Source of the DNA: Spirochaetaceae bacterium
GTDB lineage: Bacteria > Spirochaetota > Spirochaetia > DSM-2461
Direction of reading: 5' to 3'
DNA length: 64,000 nt
NCBI GenBank assembly: GCA_051531975.1
Contig: JAOPTT010000008.1
Span: 64,001 to 128,000 of the forward strand
The notes below the pieces were generated by a model, which was not told the DNA's origin, did no database searches, and saw only the letters and a program-made list of their open reading frames with translations. Shown here one piece after another: positions 37,777 through 47,637 of the stretch (within the stretch, counting starts at the first letter, position 1; every line of letters starts with the position of its first letter). Both the position numbers and the translations under genes were made by a program.

Positions 37777-40025
37777 AAAAATATATATTAATTTTACTTG
37801 TAATCTTTTTTGGATGTAAAAGTTCTGATACTAATTCAACGGAGCCATATAGTATTGAAACTAAGCATAGTAATGGACAGATAAAAACTAGACAATTTTT
37901 TATTCAAGAAATAGCAAATGGAAAGTTTGAAGAATTTGATAGTAGTGGTTCGTTATTAGAAGAGAGTGAATTTGTTAATGGTATACAAACCTCAGAAAAT
38001 TTATATTCTAATTCTAGTATTACTAGTAAAAAGTTATTTGATGAGAAATCTGGAACTCTAATTGCTGAATCTTATTACATTGATGAATTAATTCATGGTA
38101 ACGCTTTAAAATACACTCCGACTGGAAATATTATTGTTAATGTTAATTACAATAAGGGTAAAAAAGATGGTAAGCAACAATTTTATTTTGATACTGGCGA
38201 GCTCCAGAGAGAAGAAAATTATATAAATGCTATAGAAGATGGAACCTTTTATACATATGACATAAAAGGTTTACCACTAGAAATAACACCTTACATCAAA
38301 GGTCTATTATATGGAGATGTAGAAACTTTTTTTCCTACTGGTGAGTTAAAAAGTAAAATAGTTTATGTAAAAGGTATTAAACATGGAGATTCAATTTCAT
38401 ATTGGGCTCCAGAAACCTTAATGTTTTCCGGTAATTATCGTGACGGTAAAAAAGAAGGTATCCACTTAAATAATTTTGAAGATGGTTCTATTAGATCTGA
38501 AATAAATTATTTAAAAAATCATAAAAACGGATTCAACCAGATATATTCATCACCAGGAATAATGCAAGAGAAAGGATTCTATATTAATGATAAAAAAGAT
38601 AAAACTTATTATTCATATAGAAGTGATGGCATCTTAGAATCTGAAGTGGATTATATGAATGGTAAAAAAGATGGAATTGCAAAAAAATATTTTATGTCCG
38701 GAATATTAGAGAAAGAAGCAGATTTTAAAAATGATGCCCCATTCTCTTATATAAAAGAGTATAGTAGGAATTCCCTTCCATATAAATTTAGTTATTATTT
38801 AGATTCTGTATTAACTAAAACTGAAGAGTATAGAACTACAGGTGTTATAGATAGAAGAGAGATCTATATAAATGGCATAAAACAGAGGGTTTTAAGATAC
38901 ACAAGACACGGTAAATTAGAAAAAGACTCAATAAAAGAGGGATCTAAACTAACAGTTAAACGATATTATGCAACTGGAAGTATAGAATCAGTTATAGTTA
39001 CAGAAAATGATAAAACAATATCTAAAGAAAATTATGATAGAAAATTCTCTGATTCACTGGTTTTTAATGAAATAATTGGAACTACTAAATATGAAACTAC
39101 ATATAATACTAGAGATGAACTCTTAAAATACAATGAATATGAAAATGATATTCTTAAATTAGAAATATCATATAATAATAGTTATCCAACAATGTATACA
39201 AATATAATTGATGGTAAAAGCTCTGAGTTTTATGACAAAGGTGTTATAAAATCATATACTCTTAAAAAAAATGGTAGGCTAAATGGTAATAGTTTAGAGT
39301 ACTGGAAAACAGGTGAAATTAAATCTTTAAAATCATATTCAAATGGTTTACAAGATGGGCTGTTTACTGTTTACAGTAGCCCTAGAGTTTTAAAAGAGAG
39401 TACTTTTTATATAAAAGGTAAAAAAGATGGACTTTATAAATCATATTTTGATAATGGTAAAATTGAATCTGAAATAATCTACAAAAATGATCAAAAAATT
39501 GGTTTAGAAGTATATTATTATGACAATGGTATGATAAAAGACCAAATTAATTTTGCTGAAAACGGTAATTACATATATCAAAAAAACTTTCAAGAAAATG
39601 GGTTTTTACTCTCAAATAAAGAGTATAAAAACAATAAAATTATTAAAGACGAATCATTTTATTCTACAGGTATAATAAAAAAACAAATTACCAATAACGA
39701 TGGAAATAAAATATTAACAACTTATTTTTCAAATGGTAGAATTGATACCATGGAGAAATACCAGGGTGATAAAGTTATTTCTTCTGAAACATTTACAATG
39801 TTACCTACTGAGAAAACAGAAGAGACCATTCTTGAAAACAGAACAATTAAGATAAAATATGATGATTCTGGAAATCGATTAAAATATGAAGTACGAATAG
39901 ATGATAAAAAAGTAATTGAGGTATTTTATGAAAATGGATTACCAACTATTTTTAGGGATAAAATACAAGGATTTGTTAGAACATTTGATACAGATGGAAC
40001 ACTGTTAAAAAATAATAAACTCTAA
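37773..40025 (+). CDS. MORN-variant repeat (YwqK-like) lipoprotein
   Basis: Lipobox IFFGC; many Y-x-x-G-KK-x-G / YY-x-NG repeats. Confidence 0.85.
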   Translation: MKKYILILLVIFFGCKSSDTNSTEPYSIETKHSNGQIKTRQFFIQEIANGKFEEFDSSGSLLEESEFVNGIQTSENLYSNSSITSKKLFDEKSGTLIAESYYIDELIHGNALKYTPTGNIIVNVNYNKGKKDGKQQFYFDTGELQREENYINAIEDGTFYTYDIKGLPLEITPYIKGLLYGDVETFFPTGELKSKIVYVKGIKHGDSISYWAPETLMFSGNYRDGKKEGIHLNNFEDGSIRSEINYLKNHKNGFNQIYSSPGIMQEKGFYINDKKDKTYYSYRSDGILESEVDYMNGKKDGIAKKYFMSGILEKEADFKNDAPFSYIKEYSRNSLPYKFSYYLDSVLTKTEEYRTTGVIDRREIYINGIKQRVLRYTRHGKLEKDSIKEGSKLTVKRYYATGSIESVIVTENDKTISKENYDRKFSDSLVFNEIIGTTKYETTYNTRDELLKYNEYENDILKLEISYNNSYPTMYTNIIDGKSSEFYDKGVIKSYTLKKNGRLNGNSLEYWKTGEIKSLKSYSNGLQDGLFTVYSSPRVLKESTFYIKGKKDGLYKSYFDNGKIESEIIYKNDQKIGLEVYYYDNGMIKDQINFAENGNYIYQKNFQENGFLLSNKEYKNNKIIKDESFYSTGIIKKQITNNDGNKILTTYFSNGRIDTMEKYQGDKVISSETFTMLPTEKTEETILENRTIKIKYDDSGNRLKYEVRIDDKKVIEVFYENGLPTIFRDKIQGFVRTFDTDGTLLKNNKL

Positions 40026-41539
40026 ATCTGATCTCTAGTACGTTGGAGATGTACAATTTGAGTTAATACATCTTCAAAGTCTCTATCTATTTGTATCAAG
40101 TCTTTTTTCTGCTTTACAATATTTGCATTTATTATTTTTCTCTGCAGATCATACTTTTTTACTTTATCCGAGTTATTTTTTGAAAGACTTCCACTAATAA
40201 TACCAGAGATAGTGGCACCTCCAGTTGCTATAAGTAGTTTTCCAGCAAGATCACTAGAGTCTCCGGAATCTGTTGATAAATAATCTTGGTAATTATCATA
40301 TACATAATAACCAAATACTGCTGCGCCTAAATATGAGAAGAAACTAACCCACCCTGATTTTCTTGCGAACTCTTTTCTAGAATCTCTAGTATCAATACTG
40401 TTTAAGTGTTTCTCTAGTTTATCCTCTTCATTAACAATATCTTTTTTTAGGTTAATTCTTCTAATTTCTAATAGCTCTTTCTCATTTGTTAACGACTCTA
40501 TTTTTCTATCAATAACAGCAAACTCATTCTTACTTAAATTTTTAGCAGGAATTGTTAAAATAATTGGGATTAAACTTTCATCTATTATATCTACAAAAAT
40601 TTCTTCAGAATATTCTTCAGATATAAATTTTATAGTATAACGACCAGGTTCTAAGTCTGAAAAATATAGTTCCTCATCTTTTTGTAAATAAGCAATATAA
40701 TCTCCATCTAAATAGATTTTACCTTCTGTATTAGATATAAAAGTTATAGATCCCAACAATGAATCTGGAGTAGTTATTGTGGGAGAATACTCAGCATTAT
40801 AAAAATACACTTTTTCTTTAAATACGTTAATCATGGTAGGTTCTTGTTTACCACCACTATTTCTAAATACATCTTGTGTAACATTTGTCATAACATCTAG
40901 AATTGTTTCATTTTCTGATTTCATAAATTTTAAAAATGACTCGGTGAATGGACTGTTTCTACCATCACCATCATCCGCAGTGTTTCCGTCAGAAGTAGCG
41001 TATATGATAGCTGTATTACGAATCTCAGCACTATTTGATGAAGGAGTACTAACCACATTCAGCCCTCGACTCCCACCTCTAGTACTATCTTTATATGGAT
41101 TATCTCTACAGGAATCAAGAATAACTATATTTGTTCGAGATTGTGAAGATTTAAGCTCTCCTAAAATCCAGTCTAGATTTACACTCTTATATTTAAGATC
41201 ATTTTCAGAATTTATTATTTCGTTAACGGGAATAAGATAATTACTATTTTCGATTTGGGCAGCGTGGCCTGCATAATATAATATAACCATAGAGCCATCT
41301 GTAAGATTAAGACTTAAAGTGGATATTGCAACTTCCATATCCTGTTTATTACCATCGATAACTGTAGTTACATTATATCCTAACTCATTAAAACTATCTG
41401 AAACATCATATGCATCATTAATAGTATTTATTAAAGGGTTTTTATTATAGTTACCATTTCCTATTACAAGGACAAACTTATCCTCCGCAATTAATATAAA
41501 ACTTATACTTATATGTAAAAGCAGATAGATATATTTCAT
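40022..41539 (-). CDS. Exported caspase-family (peptidase C14) protein with a PEGA-like domain, coiled coil and C-terminal TM helices
   Basis: LVIGNGNY, YYAGHA (His), ILDSCRDNP (Cys), NSPFT; GSITFISNTEGKIYLDG..LEPGRYTI. Confidence 0.88.
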   Translation of the reverse strand: MKYIYLLLHISISFILIAEDKFVLVIGNGNYNKNPLINTINDAYDVSDSFNELGYNVTTVIDGNKQDMEVAISTLSLNLTDGSMVILYYAGHAAQIENSNYLIPVNEIINSENDLKYKSVNLDWILGELKSSQSRTNIVILDSCRDNPYKDSTRGGSRGLNVVSTPSSNSAEIRNTAIIYATSDGNTADDGDGRNSPFTESFLKFMKSENETILDVMTNVTQDVFRNSGGKQEPTMINVFKEKVYFYNAEYSPTITTPDSLLGSITFISNTEGKIYLDGDYIAYLQKDEELYFSDLEPGRYTIKFISEEYSEEIFVDIIDESLIPIILTIPAKNLSKNEFAVIDRKIESLTNEKELLEIRRINLKKDIVNEEDKLEKHLNSIDTRDSRKEFARKSGWVSFFSYLGAAVFGYYVYDNYQDYLSTDSGDSSDLAGKLLIATGGATISGIISGSLSKNNSDKVKKYDLQRKIINANIVKQKKDLIQIDRDFEDVLTQIVHLQRTRDQI

Positions 41540-41551
41540 TAAAACTCCAAT

Positions 41552-41580
41552 AAAACTGAGGTAACAAAATTACCTCAGTT
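41552..41580 (-). terminator. Stem-loop between the lipoprotein and caspase genes
   Basis: AACTGAGGTAA-N5-TTACCTCAGTT with a short T-run on the minus strand. Confidence 0.6.
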
Positions 41581-41594
41581 ACATTATTATATAA

Positions 41595-42278
41595 TTAAAA
41601 GTCTGATTTCTCAGTAATGTTTTCTTTGATACTCTTTGTCATAGCTGTATTGATATCAGCAATAACTTGCTTATATTCAGGATTTAATTCTAAAATATTA
41701 TTAAATGCAGCTTCTTGTAATTTTTGTGTTTGGTCTAAAATAGCATCAGTCATACTAACACAAACCCAACCCTTATATTTGTTACCTTCTTCAGCCTTTT
41801 CAGCATGTTTACCAATAATCTTCATAGTTGAAAATTGTGTAGTAGTAATAGAGGCAGTAAAGTTATTTGTTTGGTTTTTGATATCATTTACAAATTTTGT
41901 TGATTCTTCTGCATCTGCACCACTATCTGCTACAACTTGCTTAATATAATCATTAGTTTGTGAAGACTGAGATATATTAGTTACAACTTGAACTAAATAT
42001 CTTGAGATCTCAACAGAAACTTTTCTAGTTGCATCTTCAATTGCATCAGACTCTGTCGCATTAGTAGGTTCATCTGAAATACCAACAAAAAGTTTTACTT
42101 TCTGCTCAACACCTTCAGCAACATCTCTATACTGATTTTCTAAGGCATCAATATCTTTTGTCCACCAACTATTTGGTAATTCACCAGCTCTTCTAGGCGC
42201 CTCTTTTTCTGTGCTGGCACATCCAGTAAAAAATGCTAAAGCAACTAATACAACTAAAAACTTTGATATAATTTTCAT
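41595..42278 (-). CDS. Lipoprotein, LPP20-like
   Basis: Lipobox FFTGC; P-x-W near the N-terminus, FVGIS..AIEDA..EISRY pattern. Confidence 0.7.
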   Translation of the reverse strand: MKIISKFLVVLVALAFFTGCASTEKEAPRRAGELPNSWWTKDIDALENQYRDVAEGVEQKVKLFVGISDEPTNATESDAIEDATRKVSVEISRYLVQVVTNISQSSQTNDYIKQVVADSGADAEESTKFVNDIKNQTNNFTASITTTQFSTMKIIGKHAEKAEEGNKYKGWVCVSMTDAILDQTQKLQEAAFNNILELNPEYKQVIADINTAMTKSIKENITEKSDF

Positions 42279-42302
42279 TATATACTCCTCTTTTATATTT
42301 TT

Positions 42303-44555
42303 TTATTTAGTAATAGTGTAATAACTTGTTGCTACTGCACTATTCATATCCAAATCACTGTTTATTCTATTTTCTATATTTATCCCTCTGATACCAGAGT
42401 ATAAAAATCCATCTTTATAATTATCTGAAACTAAATCTGAAAACTGTTTTGCAGAAAAGACAGCTTTTAAACTCTCTGTTCCAAATGGTTTACCTAAAGA
42501 AAATTTAAAGGGATAACTGCCATCACCAATTGTATAATGAGTACCAGCTTGTAACTTATTGTTTTTATCGAACTTATTAGGAAATACTAAAGTTAGTTGA
42601 TTATCAGCTGAAATGTGATAAATTTTTACATATCCACTAACTGGAGTAAAAATATTTATTATCATATCTTCACCATTAGTATAAATTGAACCATTTCCCT
42701 TATCTGGCCATACATCAAAGCCCTTTTGATTCTTAACCCCTTGGAGTTTTTTATCTAAAGAGACAATATTGTTAAAATTAGGTGGTATGGTACCAATTCC
42801 AACTGGTATAGAGTTTTTGGGGAACTTTAATACTTCTGAATAAAGTACTCTACTGTTTTTTATGTTTTTTACACTAATATTTAATTCAATCTCATTGCCA
42901 TGAACCCAATAGTTACCATAGGCAATATTTTCGACTAATAAATTATCGGTTGATGTACCTTCATATATTGTTTTAGGATTTATATTTTTACTAGTTAAAA
43001 AATCTGTTACCGATTTATAATCAACGATATGAAAAGAACCTTTATTAGCTATTGAAGTAAATAGTTTACCTTTAACATAGTTAGAAAACTCAGAACTGAT
43101 ACTTGTATCTTCAATAGTAAACTCCCCTATAGTTAATTCAAGATCGGATTTAGTTTTGCTACTTAAGTTAGATGCAAAACTAGCTAATCTAACATCAATT
43201 AAACTATTAACACTAAGTGCTTGGGTAACTTTATTAGACTTATTTAGAATAATTTGTATCTTATCTTTGTAAATTATTATCCAAGAAACTGGTGAATCAA
43301 CACTGTCTTTTATGGATTTGATATCTTGTTTTTCTGTTTTTGTTATAAAGTGAGATTTAACAGCCTCTGAATAGTCTAATCCAATACTACTTTTTAAATC
43401 GTAAGAACTTGAAACATAACCCTGCGATAAAAGAAGATCATCTTCTAAATATCTTAATAATGTTGATAATTGCTTATTTTTCTCTGATTCTTCTAACGTT
43501 TTATTAATTGATAATTGATTTATCTGTCTTAAAGTATCTTCACTCTGCTTAAACAGAAGTTCAGAGTCATCTCTTAACTTAGTTATAGAGTTGGAATTAT
43601 AACTTAACCTACTAAGAATAGCATTAAGTCTAATTTTTTGTGACTCTTCATCTCCTAATACTTCAAGCTCTGCAGCTAAAAACTGTCTATTTAACTCCTC
43701 AGTTAAAACTGTAGTTTTCATATCAAAGTTTTCTAATTCAGCAGATTTAAATTCAGCTTTTGTAAAAAACTCTGATGATTCTTTTATAAAAAATTCTAAC
43801 TCTATCATTTCAATTGGGTTTTCTACTAATTGAGATTTAAGAAGTTCATTTTTTCTATATGTAATATTAAGATCGTTTGTTAATACTTTAATATTTTTAA
43901 CAATATCGTTACTTTTTTGACTTAAAGTTAAACCTTCTCTACTTGTATCCATTATTTCAGTATATATAGACATATTTTTAATTTTTTCAGTTACCTGATT
44001 CATTTTAATTTCAATTTTAGTTAATTCAGAAAATTCACTCAATATGGCGTCATATAACTCTCGTGATACTTTAGAATAATCTTCACCTTGTCTTAATACT
44101 TCGGCAGTTCTTTCATTCTCAATATCGAGTTCAACTTGCTTCTTTATTATTTCAACAGATTTTTTATCGATAGATGCCATAATACACCAACGGTTAGTAG
44201 ATTCATCACTCCATAATTCTCTAATTTCGATAGAATTTAGTCCTTTTTCTCTAGAAGAGACATCAACTTTACTACTAGTGGATTGTTTAATGTCTGTTTC
44301 CCCATTTTCGAAGCTAACATCTTTAACAAATTTATCAACAGAGGAGACTTTAACACCAAAATATTCAGATATTTCTTTATATAATCCCTTCTTTACTAAA
44401 TCTCTACTACTAGCAGGTCCAAAAACAAAAAAGATCTCATTTGCTGTGTTAGCTGGTTTAATTTCTGCCCACTGGGGAAGGTCTTTTTGTGTAGAAACAC
44501 AGGAGGTAAGGATAAACAACAGTATTATATTTACAGATATAACTTTTTTTTTCAT
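42303..44555 (-). CDS. Large lipoprotein: LPP20-like N-terminus, coiled coil, TolB-N/FlgO-like domain and DUF4384
   Basis: Start taken at ATG 44555 (MKKKV..ILTSC lipobox); LPQWA; C-terminal YTNGEDM..GYVKIYHI..LVFPN..PFGTESLKA. Confidence 0.75.
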   Translation of the reverse strand: MKKKVISVNIILLFILTSCVSTQKDLPQWAEIKPANTANEIFFVFGPASSRDLVKKGLYKEISEYFGVKVSSVDKFVKDVSFENGETDIKQSTSSKVDVSSREKGLNSIEIRELWSDESTNRWCIMASIDKKSVEIIKKQVELDIENERTAEVLRQGEDYSKVSRELYDAILSEFSELTKIEIKMNQVTEKIKNMSIYTEIMDTSREGLTLSQKSNDIVKNIKVLTNDLNITYRKNELLKSQLVENPIEMIELEFFIKESSEFFTKAEFKSAELENFDMKTTVLTEELNRQFLAAELEVLGDEESQKIRLNAILSRLSYNSNSITKLRDDSELLFKQSEDTLRQINQLSINKTLEESEKNKQLSTLLRYLEDDLLLSQGYVSSSYDLKSSIGLDYSEAVKSHFITKTEKQDIKSIKDSVDSPVSWIIIYKDKIQIILNKSNKVTQALSVNSLIDVRLASFASNLSSKTKSDLELTIGEFTIEDTSISSEFSNYVKGKLFTSIANKGSFHIVDYKSVTDFLTSKNINPKTIYEGTSTDNLLVENIAYGNYWVHGNEIELNISVKNIKNSRVLYSEVLKFPKNSIPVGIGTIPPNFNNIVSLDKKLQGVKNQKGFDVWPDKGNGSIYTNGEDMIINIFTPVSGYVKIYHISADNQLTLVFPNKFDKNNKLQAGTHYTIGDGSYPFKFSLGKPFGTESLKAVFSAKQFSDLVSDNYKDGFLYSGIRGINIENRINSDLDMNSAVATSYYTITK

Positions 44556-44623
44556 TTTTATTCCTATTGTAAATTTATTATTAATAACAATTATATAAAA
44601 AAGTGATACTTTATTAAACAATA

Positions 44624-45406
44624 TTAATCTAAATAAATAAATAAAAAACATGGGGAAAGGCAAATGTGCCAAATCTGTCCATAATCGATAAAACTTATAT
44701 GTCCTTTATCTTCTAATTGATTTAAGTGGTTTTTAATTTTTTTAAATAGCATATAATCATTTTTTTTATACCATTTTTGTTCAATATCAACAGTATAACC
44801 ATATAAATGGGACGATTCATTTGGTGTGATATGACCTCGATTAAGTAATATGTTTTGATATTCTAAACTTCTTAAAGTATTTGTAACAACAATAGGTGTA
44901 TCTAAATCTTTACATAATTTATTTAGAAAATTATACATTGGTACTGGAGCATAGGGTAAAAACATTCCTGAACTATTTTTTAATGGATTGTTGGTTAACT
45001 TTAAAAATAGTCTTTTAAGCTTTGAAATATTCTCTTTACCAGGCTCAACTTCTAAATATGTAAAAAGATGTTCTCTATCAGAAAAATGAATTAATGTCTC
45101 ATCGTTATATATTTCTATGTTTGTTTTATAACTTTTAAAGCCTGAATACCAGTAACTATCAAGCTGCTGTTGCAAAAGAACTTTAAACGTGAAAACGAGT
45201 TGTTCGTGGCTCATCATGTGTGTTAGTGGGAACTCATTAACAAAAGAATTAAAAACTATATCAAAATTGGATAGGACATCAACACCATCTGTTGATCTAA
45301 AAAAAGTATTAGGCAGACCATTAACTTTACATATCTCATGGTTTTCATTTAGTAATCTTGATACGAGCTCTTTATACTCTTTAGGTTTATATTTCAGTCT
45401 ATCCAC
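44624..45406 (-). CDS. DUF5715 / peptidase M15-like protein
   Basis: VTNTLRS..Q, SSHLYGYTVDI, WHI (SxHxxGxxxD...H zinc motif). Confidence 0.7.
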   Translation of the reverse strand: MDRLKYKPKEYKELVSRLLNENHEICKVNGLPNTFFRSTDGVDVLSNFDIVFNSFVNEFPLTHMMSHEQLVFTFKVLLQQQLDSYWYSGFKSYKTNIEIYNDETLIHFSDREHLFTYLEVEPGKENISKLKRLFLKLTNNPLKNSSGMFLPYAPVPMYNFLNKLCKDLDTPIVVTNTLRSLEYQNILLNRGHITPNESSHLYGYTVDIEQKWYKKNDYMLFKKIKNHLNQLEDKGHISFIDYGQIWHICLSPCFLFIYLD

Positions 45407-45438
45407 ACTTTCTATTTACACATTCTTGGAGTCAAAAG

Positions 45439-46089
45439 TCAATTAATTTTTTTTCGTCTCGGTTTTTTTTTAGGTTTTTTAACTGCATATCCAAATTCTC
45501 CAACCTTTTGACCAATTTTTCTATATTCTCTATGGGAGTAACATATTAATTCACTTTTATTAAGATCAAACTTTCCTGTGTCATCTAAATATTTATCATC
45601 TATTGTTGTAGAGACTACTTCTGCTAAAAACATATGATGAGAACCTAAATCTTTAATTTCAGTAACTTTACACTCTATACTTATAGGGGATTCATTAACT
45701 AAAGGAGCTTTTACAATTTCAGCTCGACCTTTAGTAAAACCACACTCTTTAAATTTATCGAAATCTCTACCAGATTTTACACCACACCAGTCAGTCCCTC
45801 TAGCCATCGGAGCTGTAGTTAAATTAATAACAAACTCCATACTCTCTTTTATAATATCAAATGAGTGTCTTTCAGGCCGAATTGAGATGTAACACATAGG
45901 AGGATTTGTACATATTGTTCCTGTCCATGCAATTGTTATTAAATTATCTCCATGTGTTTTAGACGAACAGCTGACAAGAGCTGCAGGTACAGGATAAACA
46001 AGATTACCCGCTTTCCACCGAACTTTACTCATGGGGAACAAATCCTTCACCAAAAACATCTCTTGCTTCTGATAAAAATACAAAGGCAT
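45439..46089 (-). CDS. Flavin reductase (DIM6/NTAB) family protein
   Basis: YPVPAALVS, NLITIAW, EFVINL, ECKV..LGSHHMF. The true start is probably near MSKVRW. Confidence 0.9.
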   Translation of the reverse strand: MPLYFYQKQEMFLVKDLFPMSKVRWKAGNLVYPVPAALVSCSSKTHGDNLITIAWTGTICTNPPMCYISIRPERHSFDIIKESMEFVINLTTAPMARGTDWCGVKSGRDFDKFKECGFTKGRAEIVKAPLVNESPISIECKVTEIKDLGSHHMFLAEVVSTTIDDKYLDDTGKFDLNKSELICYSHREYRKIGQKVGEFGYAVKKPKKKPRRKKIN

Positions 46090-46912
46090 TTTTATCTATA
46101 TTTTTTACAAGATTTCTTAATTTAGGGATCTCTCGTTTTCTTAAAACACATAGAAGTACAGTTTTTTCGGTCCCTGAATACATTCCTTTTCCATGTAATC
46201 CTGTAACACCTCTATCTAATGTGCTTAATATCTCTTGGGCGATTTCATCACTTTTGTTTGATACAATGTAAGCAGCTTTAGAGAAATTTATACCTAGAAG
46301 AACTGCATCAATAACTACAGTTGTAATATATAGAGAAATTGCAGCATATAAACCAAGTTCAATACTTTTAAATACAATTGCCGCGGACATTAATACTAAA
46401 ACATCTATAACTAATAAAATCTGACCAATACTAATAAATGGTATCAACCTATGCAAAATTTTTGCAAGGAGATCTGTACCACCAGTTGTAGCACTACACC
46501 TTATCACAAGTCCTAAACCAAGGCCTAATATCGCACCACCAAAAATAGCCGCTAATAGAACATCATATGTAGGAACTGGTATTACAGAAAATATATCTAT
46601 AAAAGAACCTAAAAAGATAGTTGCAAACAGAGATTTAACTCCAAAGGATGGTCCAAGTGTTAATAAACATAATAAAAAAATAGGTATATTTAATAAAATA
46701 CTAAGTTTACCTACTTGGATTATTGGTACAAAGCTATTAATAACCATTGCAGCTCCGGTTACTCCACCACTTGCAATATTATTTGGTACTAAAAAAATAC
46801 CAAGACCAATAGCTGCTAAAATACAACCTACAATAATCCCAATATATAGTTTCCAATCTTTGACTTCTTTAATTAGTCCGTTTATTAGAGTATTTGTTAA
46901 TTTTTTTGTCAC
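46025..46912 (-). CDS. YitT family membrane protein
   Basis: SGGVTG, TTGGTD, RGVT..GKGMYSG, DKNAFV. Confidence 0.9.
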   Translation of the reverse strand: MTKKLTNTLINGLIKEVKDWKLYIGIIVGCILAAIGLGIFLVPNNIASGGVTGAAMVINSFVPIIQVGKLSILLNIPIFLLCLLTLGPSFGVKSLFATIFLGSFIDIFSVIPVPTYDVLLAAIFGGAILGLGLGLVIRCSATTGGTDLLAKILHRLIPFISIGQILLVIDVLVLMSAAIVFKSIELGLYAAISLYITTVVIDAVLLGINFSKAAYIVSNKSDEIAQEILSTLDRGVTGLHGKGMYSGTEKTVLLCVLRKREIPKLRNLVKNIDKNAFVFLSEARDVFGEGFVPHE

Positions 46913-47376
46913 TAAATCCCTTTTTCTTTTTTAATATGGTTATATGATTCCTGCATAACTTTAAATCTGTTTTCAGCTGCTGCTTGGTCAGAATCAGATA
47001 ATCCTTTACTTGCTAATCTGTCAGGATGGTACTGTGAAACTAACTTTCTATAAGTTTTTTTAATATGATCATTACTATCTGCTCTATTACAACCTATATC
47101 AGAATAACACTTATCTGTAGCACCTGTTTGAAAGTTATTAAAATCACCAGAATATCCCGTATTATAACTTCTACTATTCTGATTAAACTGCTCATAAAAT
47201 CTTCTATATGCATCTTCAGTATTTTGGTTATTTCTACTTCTATTAGTTGTTCCAAATAGAAGAGAATCAACACTCCTACCAACATTAGAACCAACAACTG
47301 CTCCAATAATCATTCCAAAGAGTCCCAGAAAGGAACCCATAAAAAAACCTATAATTCCACCTACTATTTTAAACAC
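46912..47376 (-). CDS. Membrane-anchored DnaJ-domain protein (short DjlA-like)
   Basis: Gly-rich N-terminal TM; IKKTYRKLVSQYHPD. Confidence 0.85.
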   Translation of the reverse strand: MFKIVGGIIGFFMGSFLGLFGMIIGAVVGSNVGRSVDSLLFGTTNRSRNNQNTEDAYRRFYEQFNQNSRSYNTGYSGDFNNFQTGATDKCYSDIGCNRADSNDHIKKTYRKLVSQYHPDRLASKGLSDSDQAAAENRFKVMQESYNHIKKEKGI

Positions 47377-47637
47377 TATAAACTCCTAAGTTAAATATAG
47401 CTATTATCTACACAACAGTCTATTAAATATTTATTAACAATATGTAATCTTTATTGTCAAAGGATTTAACCAGTATATATGTTAATAACGAAGAAACAAA
47501 GAGTTAGGGCACGATATTAACAGTTACTATTAAAATTGATTTTTAATTGCATTCAAATAATAAATACTTTACAAATATATTAGGTTGTACTAAATTAATG
47601 AAATATTTGATTTCTGTATCACAAAAAAGGATGTTTT

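Noticed and set aside
37773..40025. YwqJK-type toxin-antitoxin system
   Set aside because: No toxin domain is recognisable nearby; the YwqK label merely reflects MORN-variant repeats.
44556..44672. N-terminal extensions given by the ORF track (also 6555-6644, 14155-14169, 32025-32057, 32612-32638)
   Set aside because: Downstream ATGs give proper signal peptides, RBSs or stop-start coupling, and in most cases remove overlaps.
47481..47521. Possible small RNA or riboswitch (GTTAATA...TATTAAC stem) in the divergent gap
   Set aside because: Only a 7-bp AT-rich stem with an unstructured interior and no recognisable aptamer; consistent with chance or promoter DNA.
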